A stretch of 62,517 nucleotides of DNA, filler included, from a bacterium (GTDB taxonomy: Bacteria > UBP15 > UBA6099 > JAJRTR01): assembly GCA_024278215.1 (NCBI GenBank). It is 4 parts of 4 records of this genome, joined end to end, with 100 filler letters (N's around TTAATTAATTAA, not from the genome) between each part and the next. Parts side by side here need not be neighbours in the genome. Positions count along the whole stretch, not along the records: positions 21,406 to 49,324 come from JAJRTR010000086.1; positions 49,425 to 56,179 come from JAJRTR010000089.1; 2 more parts are not named here. One strand, 5' to 3'. The position numbers and the translations under genes are program-made. Under the pieces are notes generated by a model. The model was not told where the DNA came from and did not search any database. It saw only the letters and a list, made by a program, of their open reading frames with translations. This document shows positions 40,688 through 50,398 of the stretch, piece by piece (within the stretch, counting starts at the first letter, position 1; each line of letters opens with the position of its first letter).

Positions 40688-42273
40688 AGGTATCTCCTTA
40701 TGCTGATGCCGAATCCGGGGCGGAAAACCCTGCTCTTGACAGTCTCGATGTACAACTCGATGGGGAAATCGTATTTCCAGATACGCATGAATTTCGATAG
40801 TCCGATCTTCACGCTTCGCCCGTAAACCGCGCCATCACCCTCGCGTGAATAATCGAGGTCGATGAAAATGGAATCGAGATCAAATCTCGCGAGCGGGTCC
40901 TTAGGATCGAAGTAATTTCTCGTTCGCATGAAAGAGACGAAAAAACTTTCCCACAGTGGGTCGGTGGGCTCGCCCGTTATGTCCATGAAGTCATTGTTGT
41001 ATCTTAGAAAAATAAGATAGTCGCGCCCTATTCCGAGGTTGAGATCTACACCGCCTTCCATCCATGAATTGCTGCCTCTTCCGATTACCTGGATATTAGC
41101 TTCGCCCGAAAATATATATTTACTCCCCGACCACCCCTTACGATTCTTCCCCAGTTGCGTTACCAGCAGAAAGTCCGTATTAAAATAATCGTCTATCTCT
41201 CCCTCGTCATTGAAGTCCTGTACCTTCAGGTTGCCGAACCTTCCCTTGTAATATGTGCGTTCGTTTCCGCCTTCAAGCCTGTACTGGTATCCGAACCGGT
41301 CTACCTTCATAGCAAAGCCCGAGTGCCCCGACGGATTCACCACCTCGATACCTTCATATCGCGTGATAAACCTGCTTTCCTGTGCGCCGAAGCCGAGTTC
41401 CACATGAGTTGTTCCTTTTACAATCCGGTCTATGTTGCCGACGTTCGCATAAAACCTGTTGTCGTCGTGGACCAGGTTGAAGCCGAAGCGGGAACTGTGC
41501 AGATCATTTATGTGGTCAAGCCGCCACTTGCTTTTCACATCCCCGCTCAGCCGCTGATTCTTCGTCACTCCCACAGTGCGCTTGTCGAATTTCTCGAAAA
41601 GATTCTCGACTATCAGGCTCCACTTGAAATCCTCCTGTCTGCCGAAAAAGAATGTACCGTCCAGGTCGCGCCTGTTTGTACGGTTGAGAATATCTTTGAA
41701 TTTCAGGTATGCCAGACCTTCGTATTTAATATCCGCCACAAGGCCTTCGGTGGATGAGTTGTCTATATCCACCTGCGCTTTTTTAGTTATCTTCGGCACC
41801 ACCTGAATCATCAGGTGTCTCTTGCTTCCGCCGAAGTCCGGGTGGATGCTGCCTGTTATCGGTATCGAAAACGGGATGGAAAGAAAGACCCTCTTGGGCG
41901 GAATTTTGACTTTCGCCTCGTTGCCTTCAGGTGTGATCAGGCGAAGCGTGACACCCCGCGCGAGGCTCTTGTCTTCGATCAGCACCGGAATAACTATTGT
42001 TTCTTCCGATTCCCGTGCCGCTTTCACGATTCCGACTTTCGCCGACCTGGCCGTGCCCCCAACTTCGAGTTCGAGCACATCGCCGGGGCTCACTTTACCT
42101 TTGTGCTGTATGAAACCCGGCATACCGTCAATCGACACCGCGAATCCCGCGTTAACCTGTTCCGGTGTTGCCGTGAAAACAACAGTTTCGTCTTCGCAAA
42201 ACGCAATAATCGGCAACACGAACAACCAGCACATAATATGCAACAGAAACACTATGCTGGTTCGTGTTCTCAT
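40684..42273 (-). CDS. Hypothetical exported protein, probable C-terminal beta-barrel
   Basis: Signal peptide after ATG 42273 (alternative start 42354); amphipathic strands ending GFGISIRRYL. Confidence 0.55.
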   Translation of the reverse strand: MRTRTSIVFLLHIMCWLFVLPIIAFCEDETVVFTATPEQVNAGFAVSIDGMPGFIQHKGKVSPGDVLELEVGGTARSAKVGIVKAARESEETIVIPVLIEDKSLARGVTLRLITPEGNEAKVKIPPKRVFLSIPFSIPITGSIHPDFGGSKRHLMIQVVPKITKKAQVDIDNSSTEGLVADIKYEGLAYLKFKDILNRTNRRDLDGTFFFGRQEDFKWSLIVENLFEKFDKRTVGVTKNQRLSGDVKSKWRLDHINDLHSSRFGFNLVHDDNRFYANVGNIDRIVKGTTHVELGFGAQESRFITRYEGIEVVNPSGHSGFAMKVDRFGYQYRLEGGNERTYYKGRFGNLKVQDFNDEGEIDDYFNTDFLLVTQLGKNRKGWSGSKYIFSGEANIQVIGRGSNSWMEGGVDLNLGIGRDYLIFLRYNNDFMDITGEPTDPLWESFFVSFMRTRNYFDPKDPLARFDLDSIFIDLDYSREGDGAVYGRSVKIGLSKFMRIWKYDFPIELYIETVKSRVFRPGFGISIRRYL

Positions 42274-42357
42274 ATAAATGTTACAACTCGTTTCTCGATG
42301 CCGACCCCATTCGTCGGACTGATTCCCCGTTTCCGCAGTCCGCAGGTCTTCCATTAT

Positions 42358-42894
42358 CTATTCATACATCTCATAAATAATTATCTCTGAAAAAGGCTCG
42401 GTATTTGTTAGAATCACAATCGTACCCTCTGAAAGATACAACATTCTGCCGCGTTCCTGTTCCGACATTTTCTCCATTTCACTACTTGAGAGCGTTTTGA
42501 AACCGAACACCGTCAACACCCTGTCGGCACGTGACGCATCCAGGCCCTCGACAGGCGGAATGATGCCCCTTAGAACAGCCTCCCGGAGCGGCAGCACAGT
42601 CGTCTTGTAAACCTCGGACATGTCGGAGACGCCCGGCAGTACGAAAACTTCATATTTAATGTCGTTGCCAAATCTGTTCTTAATCAGTTCGATAAAATCA
42701 TCAGCTGTTTCTATTCCCTTGAAACCCTCGTGTTTCATCGTTTCAATTTCATCGAGAATTTTTGTGTCCGCATAAAGGAGAACCGCGCGACCGTCCAGTT
42801 CCACAGTCATGGATTCAGGCTCACCGGCCGATACACGGGCTGCACAGCAGACAACGATTATAAATAATAAGGAAATGTACAGAACTCTTCTCAA
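42358..42894 (-). CDS. Hypothetical exported protein
   Basis: Signal peptide; tightly coupled to neighbouring genes. Confidence 0.6.
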   Translation of the reverse strand: MRRVLYISLLFIIVVCCAARVSAGEPESMTVELDGRAVLLYADTKILDEIETMKHEGFKGIETADDFIELIKNRFGNDIKYEVFVLPGVSDMSEVYKTTVLPLREAVLRGIIPPVEGLDASRADRVLTVFGFKTLSSSEMEKMSEQERGRMLYLSEGTIVILTNTEPFSEIIIYEMYE

Positions 42895-42897
42895 TAT

Positions 42898-43644
42898 TCA
42901 CTTCTCCCCGGTATTCTCTTCGCCGTCAGACATCGCAGATGCCTCATCGACCAGGTTTTTGCCCTCAATGATGTCTGCAAGCAATTCTGCATATTCAGTA
43001 GATAATTCCTCGATATATGCTTCAAGATCGAAAGGATTGTGCAACTCGTCTTCCCTGTCGCGCAGCTCTGTAAGCCGTGCTTCGACTTCGGCGGGAACAG
43101 GCCGATCATGGTAGAACGTATTTATCCATTTTTTTGTATTCAGGAACAGCCGGGCGCGCAACGGCAGCGCCTGCAAATTCATTTCCTAACTCCGGATGCA
43201 ATACCACAGTTCCAATAATGACTCGGATTTCTCCGCCTCCGGTTTCAGGTTATAAATATCCACAAGGCGGCGTCTGAAAAACAGAGTGTCGCCATGGCCG
43301 TTTCCGGAAGCGGCGACGTTCAGATAATCGGCGAAAACATTGCCGAGCATAACAAGCGAATTTTGATATTCGTGTGTCAGGTGATCCAGAAGCAGGTCGT
43401 GGTTCTGGAGCATGTCCTGATAAATGGTGTGCTGCGGGAACATTACGGGATTGGGTTTCAGGCGCCCCCTGCTGACTCGTGTCAACTCCGTTTGCTGGAG
43501 CCTCATAACCGCTCTGGTCACCGCAATACTGTTGACCTGTGTCAGATTAACCTTATCGTCTCCCGCTGTTGTTTCGGCGCACAGGACCGACACGCCGACA
43601 GCGATGAAAGCTAACGTGAGCAATGTAAAAAAAGCTTTTTTCAA
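42898..43644 (-). pseudogene. Hypothetical exported protein probably interrupted by an in-frame TAG at 43186-43188 (or two adjacent genes)
   Basis: TTG start overlaps the upstream TGA; signal peptide; reads ...CIRS-TAG-EMNLQ... in frame with ORF 42898-43182. Confidence 0.5.
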
Positions 43645-45098
43645 TTTGCATTCCTGCCGGGTACTTTTATCTGCATTCTCAACCCGATACTTCTTTGTTC
43701 CGCTCTCCATGACAATATGAATTTCAGACACTCCCAGTGCCGCACGAAACCATAAACGATTTCGTCGAATTCCGAGTTTTCGACATCATATTGCGCGTCG
43801 ATCATGATGCGGTTTCTCCTGCTCAGCTTTATTACATTGTAGTAGAAAAGCTTCTCATTTGTATCGACCAGGTCTGAATACAGCGGTGTCGAGCCTTCGT
43901 AGCGGAACGACATATACTGGAGTCTGAAGAAAGCATCCTCCGGGTCTCCTGTCGCTGCTTCGAGCCCCGAACCCCATATCCGGTATTTCCTGAAGTTTGT
44001 ATAAATAGCATATCTGCCGTCGCCGAGTACAGCATATTTGATTTTCCCTTTATTATTCAAGGGATACCTGGCGTCGAAGTTGAGAAAAGCACGGTCGAGC
44101 GGTTTGCGCAACTGTGCTTCCTTTATTCTGCCGATCTCGAGGCTCGTGCCGACTATCAGTTTTGTATCCTGAAACCTGCCTGCTGTTTTCGAAATGTGCA
44201 AAGTCGGCAGATTCCACACCTGGACGGGATCGAAGTACCTGAAATATCCAGTGTTCTCCTTATACTGTTTGCCGAGCCGGACAGTCATATCGTAATCTCC
44301 GAGCGTCTGCCTCAGACGCGCTTCGGAAAAAAGACCGTCGTTGGCGTAGTAGTTCATGTAAAACCCGAGGTCTCTGCCCCTGTTCATTTTTCTGGTCGCG
44401 TCGGCTTTAAGCTCCACTCCTCCGTAATCCGCGTAGCCAAGCGAAGGAGGCGAGAAACTCCATGCGCCGACATCCATTCCCGATTTCCGGACGCCCGTAC
44501 CGAAAAGCATAGTCGAGTACGAAGGCCATTTCAGGATTTTGTGGCCCTTCAAATAAAATGATAGTTTGTGGAATTTTGCTTTGCCGTCGGGTTGTATGCC
44601 GACACTCCTGGCTTCGACATAGTACTCTTTGTTTTCCATACAGCATGTTGTCGCGATTACATCTCTCATCAACATGCTTCCATCAGGCCGAATCTCCATT
44701 TCGGAAGCCGCGAAATTTGTGCCTTCCATGCTGGCCTTAACATCTTTCATCGAGCCGAGTTCCTTATCGTAATCGTAACTGAAAGAAGCGCCTGTAAAAA
44801 CGAGTTCCCCAATATGCAATTTAAAATAATCGTCGGTGCTTGCCCGGTTTTCCTTGCTGTTGATCTCGAAGTTGTTCGCATCAATGACGAAATGCCTGAA
44901 TTCTATATGTACACTTCCCGACGCTTCATACACGCCCCGGCTTTCGTTGTAATGGAAACTGTCGGCTTCCAGACTCAGGGCGCCGCCCTCTTCAAGTGTT
45001 TCGATAAAGTCGCCTTCTAAAGATGTCCGGCCATAAGCTGTTGATGAAATTACCCATAATGTCAAAAGCAGTAAAGCAAAAACTGTGAATCTTGTCAT
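43641..45098 (-). CDS. LptD-like outer-membrane protein
   Basis: Signal peptide; N-terminal OstA-type jellyroll (LEADSFHY..EASGSVHI, ATTCC..YYVEA); C-terminal beta strands. Confidence 0.65.
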   Translation of the reverse strand: MTRFTVFALLLLTLWVISSTAYGRTSLEGDFIETLEEGGALSLEADSFHYNESRGVYEASGSVHIEFRHFVIDANNFEINSKENRASTDDYFKLHIGELVFTGASFSYDYDKELGSMKDVKASMEGTNFAASEMEIRPDGSMLMRDVIATTCCMENKEYYVEARSVGIQPDGKAKFHKLSFYLKGHKILKWPSYSTMLFGTGVRKSGMDVGAWSFSPPSLGYADYGGVELKADATRKMNRGRDLGFYMNYYANDGLFSEARLRQTLGDYDMTVRLGKQYKENTGYFRYFDPVQVWNLPTLHISKTAGRFQDTKLIVGTSLEIGRIKEAQLRKPLDRAFLNFDARYPLNNKGKIKYAVLGDGRYAIYTNFRKYRIWGSGLEAATGDPEDAFFRLQYMSFRYEGSTPLYSDLVDTNEKLFYYNVIKLSRRNRIMIDAQYDVENSEFDEIVYGFVRHWECLKFILSWRAEQRSIGLRMQIKVPGRNAN

Positions 45099-45376
45099 AT
45101 TCCATTTTCCGTTCAGTCAATATGAATCTTATAGTATTGCGTCCGGACCGTATGCAACTTGTTTTATTATACAGCTTATTATTGTTATGAGCATGAACAG
45201 CATCAGGTTACAATTATAGCAACAAAACAACGAAAAAAAAACGGCCGGCTCCGGTTTGTACGGATAGCTCGCCCGGCGATGTTGTTTGTGGGTTCGACAC
45301 CGGGGGTGGAAATGAATTGGAATTAGCCCGCACCAGTGAAAAATGCGGTCAAAGATAAATGCAGGGGTATTCGAAA

Positions 45377-45940
45377 TCAATAAACCGTATAAGACGGCGG
45401 ATCGACGCTGTCAATCGAAACGGGGACACGACCGGGTTTGCCGATGTAATCGGAGTAACTCGACCATGGATAATCCTCAGCGAATTCCACCAGTCCTTTT
45501 TTTACAGGATTGTTGTGCAGCTTTTCGAGATGCTCGATAAATGAATCATAGTCGGTGATGTCCTCGTCATAGAACCGCCTGCGCCACACCTTGCGTGAAA
45601 AATCCCTCGCGATCTTTATCTTCTGGCCGGTGTACGTTTTGAAGTTGCTCACAAACCTCGAGATCGTCCACTCGACAGGCCGCATAAGAAGATGAATATG
45701 ATTGGGCATAACAACATAACCGTTGATTATAATATGTCCGTTTTCAATGTGGTGCGTCAAAGAGCGGCACAGGATTTCGTTAACTTCATCGGTTAAGAAA
45801 ACCGCCCTCTTCCTGTACGTGAAGATGGTAATCATTTTACAGCCGATAAAGGGTGGCTCATTTTCATAATTAAATTCGTTTTCACGATCATCTTCATTTT
45901 CCATATCAAACTTGTTTTCGTGTTCAGTCGAATCCGGCAT
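45377..45940 (-). CDS. RAYT-type (IS200/Y1 HUH family) transposase-like protein with atypical catalytic site
   Basis: YVVMPNHIHLL (HUH), W.RRFYD, HNNPVKKGLV..DYPWSS. Confidence 0.85.
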   Translation of the reverse strand: MPDSTEHENKFDMENEDDRENEFNYENEPPFIGCKMITIFTYRKRAVFLTDEVNEILCRSLTHHIENGHIIINGYVVMPNHIHLLMRPVEWTISRFVSNFKTYTGQKIKIARDFSRKVWRRRFYDEDITDYDSFIEHLEKLHNNPVKKGLVEFAEDYPWSSYSDYIGKPGRVPVSIDSVDPPSYTVY

Positions 45941-45981
45941 AACTCAATTTTATATCACATGATCAGCGTCTGCAACAGTAA

Positions 45982-46033
45982 CTGTTGACAATTGCAGCCG
46001 ACCGCAGCCGAATCAGAATTTTGCAATTGACTC
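45982..46033 (+). repeat. Right-end fragment of MITE family A
   Basis: GACAATTGCAGCCGACCGCAGCCGAATCAGAATTTTGCAATTGACTC. Confidence 0.75.
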
Positions 46034-46097
46034 TTCAGAATAAGCCGCCTTGAATCCGTGCATATTGAGAATACCGGTGTGCACATAGCTTTCCATA

Positions 46098-46126
46098 TTG
46101 ACATCTGTGGATAAGAGTTTTATTAT
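46098..46126 (+). promoter_or_regulatory. Sigma70 promoter of tRNA-Ser
   Basis: TTGACA-17 bp-TATTAT, ending 7 nt before the tRNA. Confidence 0.75.
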
Positions 46127-46133
46127 TTGTCCC

Positions 46134-46220
46134 GGAGGGATGGCCGAGTGGTTGAAGGCACTGGTCTTGAAAACCAGCAGGGCGGCAACGTCCTCGGGGG
46201 TTCGAATCCCTTTCCCTCCG
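46134..46220 (+). tRNA. tRNA-Ser(UGA)
   Basis: GGAGGGATGGCCGAGTGG..CTGGT-CTTGAAA-ACCAG, long variable arm, GGTTCGAATCC, TCCCTCCG; CCA not encoded. Confidence 0.95.
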
Positions 46221-46255
46221 TTACGATTATCATGTCACCTGAATGCTGAAGCGGG

Positions 46256-47308
46256 TTAATCCTCATCAATAAAAACACGAAGATTATTATTTCCCGCCTG
46301 TATGCTGCATCGGAGTTTTCTGAGGGCCTTGACTTCGATCTGCCTGATGCGTTCGCGCGTGACGCCGAATTCCCGACCGACGATTTCAAGTGTACAGGGA
46401 ACTCCCGTATCGAGTCCGAAGCGCATCTCGATGATGCGGCGCTCTCGGTAGGAGAGGACAGCGAGTGTCTTGCGCAATTCGTCGTGTAGAACCGACGCCG
46501 AGTTCTGTTCCTCGACAGAAGGATTCGAGTCGTCCTTGATGAATTCGATGAGAGAGCTGTCGGAATTTTCGCCGACGGAAGAGTATAGTGAAAGGGGAGT
46601 TCGGGCGGATTGGAAAAGCTCCGCGATTTTTTTCTGCGGCAGGTTGATCTTCTCGGCTAATTCTGCCGATGTGGCTTTGCGTCCGAGGTCTTTGTTAAGT
46701 TGTTGAGATGTATTTATCAACTGCCGTGTGGCATCGGACACATGTATGGGTTTCCTGATTGTCGAGCCGTGCTGCGAGAGGCTTCTGACAACACTCTGGC
46801 GTATCCACCATGTTGCGTAAGTGCTGAAGCGGGTGCCTTTTCTGTAGTCATACTTTTCGACCGCGCGAATCAGGCCAAGATTCCCCTCCTGGATCATGTC
46901 CATGAAAGATATGTTGGTCATTCCCGTGTATTTTTTTACTATGGAGATGACGAGCCGCAGGTTGGATTCGATCAGCTTGTGGAAAGCGTCCTGGTCTCCG
47001 GCTTCGACTCGTTTGGCCAGGGCAAGTTCCTCGTCGCGTGTGAGAAGGGGAACACTTCCGACATCCCTCATGAAAAGCTGGACGGACATCTCTGCGTTAT
47101 TCGTCATCGAATCGCTGCCCGGGTGCTCGTTGTTTGAACTTTCGGTGACGGAGATTCCGTTCCTGTCGAGGCAGTCCATTAGTTTGTCGATATTGATTTT
47201 ATCAAATTCCGGGTTGCTGTCGATGATATCAATAATTTCATCATTGCTGACGCTTCGTTTGGGCAGGATTTCATTAACAATTTGCTGAAACACAGCTACG
47301 GTATTCAA
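46256..47308 (-). CDS. RpoD/RpoS-family sigma factor, probably non-primary
   Basis: PLLTRDEE, NLRLVISI, DMIQEGNLGLIRAVEKYD, RFSTYATWWIRQ, TRERIRQIE; TTG start with GGAG. Confidence 0.9.
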   Translation of the reverse strand: MNTVAVFQQIVNEILPKRSVSNDEIIDIIDSNPEFDKINIDKLMDCLDRNGISVTESSNNEHPGSDSMTNNAEMSVQLFMRDVGSVPLLTRDEELALAKRVEAGDQDAFHKLIESNLRLVISIVKKYTGMTNISFMDMIQEGNLGLIRAVEKYDYRKGTRFSTYATWWIRQSVVRSLSQHGSTIRKPIHVSDATRQLINTSQQLNKDLGRKATSAELAEKINLPQKKIAELFQSARTPLSLYSSVGENSDSSLIEFIKDDSNPSVEEQNSASVLHDELRKTLAVLSYRERRIIEMRFGLDTGVPCTLEIVGREFGVTRERIRQIEVKALRKLRCSIQAGNNNLRVFIDED

Positions 47309-47475
47309 AGGTATCTCCGTTTAATCCGCGTATAAAAACCGGTGGTGGCCGGGAACCACTTTCTTTTAAACCGTTTGAGAAATTTCGCTCGACCTTGTTA
47401 CAAACATAGTTTTGCAATTGGCTCTTATATTATAACTTAACTTATGCGTTTGTAAGATTTTCAGTCGGAATTATA

Positions 47476-47520
47476 AGGGACATAACCGGCATTTGCCATT
47501 TGATTCCGGACCGTGTCCCC
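47476..47520. repeat. 45-bp palindromic repeat, copy 2
   Basis: 37/45 identical to 8086-8130. Confidence 0.65.
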
Positions 47521-47552
47521 GGAAATCCGCTCCATAAAAACATCCGTTTAAT

Positions 47553-47731
47553 GAGCCAATTGCAAAATTCTGATTCTGCTGCAGTCGGCTGCTATTGTCC
47601 ATAGCTGCGTTGTCGGCGCGAAATCGTCCTCGACGTACTCGGCGAGTACGCTTGCGGGGATTTTGCACCTCCGCCTTGCTTCTGAAAAATTCCGTTAGAC
47701 CTCGCTACGAACATAATTTTGCAATTGGTTC
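47553..47731 (-). mobile_element. MITE family A, complete copy (179 bp), reverse orientation
   Basis: Ends GAGCCAATTGCAAAATT / AATTTTGCAATTGGTTC, flanked by TAAT on both sides. Confidence 0.85.
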
Positions 47732-47742
47732 TAATGATAATT

Positions 47743-47774
47743 AAAAAAGCCCTGCCTCAACAGGGGCAGGGCTT
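47743..47774 (-). terminator. Intrinsic terminator of the cold-shock gene
   Basis: Minus strand AAGCCCTGCC-loop-GGCAGGGCTTTTTT. Confidence 0.8.
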
Positions 47775-47795
47775 AATGATTTCAATTTCTCGAGA

Positions 47796-48002
47796 TCAGT
47801 CGCAGGCGAATACGTTTGATGCCTGGTCGCCTTTGGGGCCGGACACGGTCTCGAATTCAACCGCCTGGCCTTCTTCGAGGGTCTTGTAGCCTTCGGTCAT
47901 GATGACGGAATAATGTACGAAAACATCTTTTCCATCTTCACGTTCAATGAAGCCGTAACCCTTTGAAGCATTGAACCACTTTACTGTTCCTTTTTCTTTC
48001 AC
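47796..48002 (-). CDS. cspA: Cold-shock protein (CspA family)
   Basis: [29 protein letters not shown]. Confidence 0.95.
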   Translation of the reverse strand: MKEKGTVKWFNASKGYGFIEREDGKDVFVHYSVIMTEGYKTLEEGQAVEFETVSGPKGDQASNVFACD

Positions 48003-48224
48003 GTTTACACGTTCCTTTCTTTGCTGCCCGCCTTCAGTCCGTCAATATCAGGCCGCTCCAAGTCTTCTGTTATCAAACTCTACCTGGATTCCGTCTATTC
48101 AGCACTTTATTATCGGGCTTTTCTGAGTTGTTCTGGATCTGAATTTAGAAGGGACTTCTTTATTCGTTTTTACACAACAACTTCATATCGACAAGTTGAA
48201 GTATAACGCTCCACGGACATAATG

Positions 48225-49067
48225 TCAATCGAAAGCTTTGTAAACAAGGTAACCGAGCGCGCCGCCGACGGCGTAGCGCACGAGCATGTTTTTCTTGCGT
48301 TTTTTGAACGCGAGACGGCGCAATTGTTTTTCTGTCTCGCGCTGTGTCACTGCAAGCCGAAGTGTTTCAGGCACCATCTGCGAATATTCCGTGAAGTGGC
48401 CCACGACCCTGTGGTTACCGTCGACAATCACGATGTGCGCCTTTTCGCGCTGGTTGTTGAGTCCGAATAATTTGTAGATGTCGGCGTGCATGTCGGCGAC
48501 GAGCATAAACCTGTTCTCAAGCTTGTAGCCCAGTTCGATATTCTTTTCTTTCAGCGCTGCTTTCAGTTTATTGATATTTTTACGATATTCTTTTTTGAGA
48601 ATCTTCTTCACAACCGGTCGCAGTATCTTGCTGTTGTGCTTTGAAGTGTCCGCGACGCATACAAAAAGGATGCCTTCGCCGGGCTGTTCTTCAAGCGTGA
48701 TCCTCTCCAGCCAGTCGATAGCTTCATCCGCGGTTTTTTCGTTTCCGAACCCGTATACAATGATCCAGTCTTTAAGCTGTTCGGCATTTATCAGCCTGTT
48801 GTTTATGTCTTTGATCGTGAAACGTTCTATCCTGGTGCCGACCGGTATCCTCCAGTCCGGATCATCAGTTTCCGACCGTTCCTGCCGTGTGTCTGTCGCC
48901 TGTTCTGCGACCGATGCGGCTTCCGCTCCGGCCGGCGCATGTTCGACAGCTCCGGTTTTCTCTATTCTTATGTCGGTTCCCGATTCTGTTTCCGCGAAAA
49001 GCATTATTGCTGAAAAGAGAACAACAGAAGTGAAGATCATGAGTGATGAAAGCAGTCTGCCTGTCAT
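48225..49067 (-). CDS. Hypothetical exported protein, possible thioredoxin-like fold without CxxC
   Basis: GGAGG RBS, signal peptide, FTIKDIN..IYKLFG..IVIVDGN pattern. Confidence 0.55.
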   Translation of the reverse strand: MTGRLLSSLMIFTSVVLFSAIMLFAETESGTDIRIEKTGAVEHAPAGAEAASVAEQATDTRQERSETDDPDWRIPVGTRIERFTIKDINNRLINAEQLKDWIIVYGFGNEKTADEAIDWLERITLEEQPGEGILFVCVADTSKHNSKILRPVVKKILKKEYRKNINKLKAALKEKNIELGYKLENRFMLVADMHADIYKLFGLNNQREKAHIVIVDGNHRVVGHFTEYSQMVPETLRLAVTQRETEKQLRRLAFKKRKKNMLVRYAVGGALGYLVYKAFD

Positions 49068-49149
49068 AGTTCCTCCTAAGAACAAATATCGTGTATTATA
49101 GGATGTCAAATGATAAATGTTAAGAGCTATACTTGTGCGTTATTCTACA

Positions 49150-49324
49150 GAGCCAATTGCAAAATTCTGATTCGGCTGCGGTCGGCTGCAATTGTCAACA
49201 GCTGCATTGTCGGCACAAAATCTTCCTCGACGTACTCTACAAGTACGCCTGCGGGGATTTTGCACATCCGCTTTGCTTTAGTCCAATTTCGCTCGACCTC
49301 GCTTCGAACATAATTTTGCAACTG
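49150..49324 (-). mobile_element. MITE family A, near-complete copy at contig end
   Basis: GAGCCAATTGCAAAATTCTGATTCGG...CATAATTTTGCAACTG then gap. Confidence 0.85.
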
Positions 49325-49424
49325 NNNNNNNNNNNNNNNNNNNNNNNNNNNNNNNNNNNNNNNNNNNNTTAATTAATTAANNNNNNNNNNNNNNNNNNNN
49401 NNNNNNNNNNNNNNNNNNNNNNNN
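49325..49424. other. Artificial contig junction
   Basis: N run with TTAATTAATTAA. Confidence 0.97.
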
Positions 49425-49590
49425 AAATTATGTTCGTAGCGAGGTCGAGCGAAATTGTTCAGAGCAAGGCGGAGGTGTAAAATCCTCGCAGGCGTACTTG
49501 TAGAGTACGTCGAGGACGATTTCGCGCCGACAACGCAGCTATGGACAATAGCAGCCGACCGCAGTAGAATCATAATTTTGCAATTGGCTC
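49425..49590 (+). mobile_element. MITE family A, near-complete copy at contig start
   Basis: AAATTATGTTCGTAGCGAGG...TTTTGCAATTGGCTC; nearly identical to the 36874 copy. Confidence 0.85.
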
Positions 49591-49669
49591 TAACACTTTC
49601 GGATATATGAATACTGTTCGGGACGGTTACGCGTCGCCGCACAAATCAGCAGTGGGATGCAAGGCAAAA

Positions 49670-50398
49670 TTACGCCTTCCGCGCTTCTTTAATCTGTTCG
49701 TCCCACCATGAGTTTGCTGTCGCGATATACATGTCGACCGGGACGAGCGGTTTTTCGAGTTCCGCGGCAGTCGATTCGGAGATTTTCGAGTTTACGGCGA
49801 CTTCCGCGCCCGCCTTCCTGAGCAGATTCTTATAACCGTCGATAACAGGCTTCAAAGGTGTGTCGACAGCATCGAGAAGCGGGCCGCCGCCCCTGTATAT
49901 TTCCATGGCGACCTCCGTATCCAGGTTGCGCGCCATCCGGCGTATTATTATCTTCAGCGCCGGAAACTGCGACTGCTCGGGGAAACCGCAGTTCGATATT
50001 ACGCCGAGCAGCGGGTATTTGTCGTGTTTCTTAACGTGGCGAACTTCCCCGTTTTCGTCCTTTTCAAGGTGTGGGTCGAGTATAGGTATCAGCCTGTCGA
50101 TGAATGTTTTCGTCTGGCCGGAAAAATTGTCGGCGTATAGTGGAGAAGCAAAAATCGCCACATCGGACGCCATGAACTTTTTGATAAGCTCACCCTGATC
50201 GTCCTTATGTATACATATACCGGGTGTCTTTATCAAACAATTGAAACAGCCCAGGCAGGGCTTGATCTTCTTTTTCTGAAGCAGGATATGCTCGACCTGT
50301 GCGCCCGCCTCGGCTGCTCCCCTGAGAAATTCATCGGCTATAGTATACGTCCTGCTCTTTTTCATGCGCGGGCTTCCGTTGAACAATGTTATAATCAT
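49670..50398 (-). CDS. Flavodoxin-family / iron-sulfur flavoprotein (FMN reductase-like)
   Basis: NGSPR, PCLGCFNC..PGICIHKDD, ASPLY, KTFIDR. Confidence 0.88.
   Translation of the reverse strand: MIITLFNGSPRMKKSRTYTIADEFLRGAAEAGAQVEHILLQKKKIKPCLGCFNCLIKTPGICIHKDDQGELIKKFMASDVAIFASPLYADNFSGQTKTFIDRLIPILDPHLEKDENGEVRHVKKHDKYPLLGVISNCGFPEQSQFPALKIIIRRMARNLDTEVAMEIYRGGGPLLDAVDTPLKPVIDGYKNLLRKAGAEVAVNSKISESTAAELEKPLVPVDMYIATANSWWDEQIKEARKA

Noticed and set aside
42352..42360. TAG-ATA-ATG in-frame junction as another read-through
   Set aside because: The downstream ORF has its own signal peptide, consistent with two ordinary adjacent genes
46134..46220. tRNA with UGA as a selenocysteine or suppressor tRNA, or an integration site
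   Set aside because: Anticodon UGA reads UCA (Ser); Sec would need anticodon UCA. No integrase or duplicated 3' end is visible
49150..49590. Apparent large inverted duplication of MITE A around the gap
   Set aside because: The two copies differ in sequence and lie on different contigs; adjacency is an artefact
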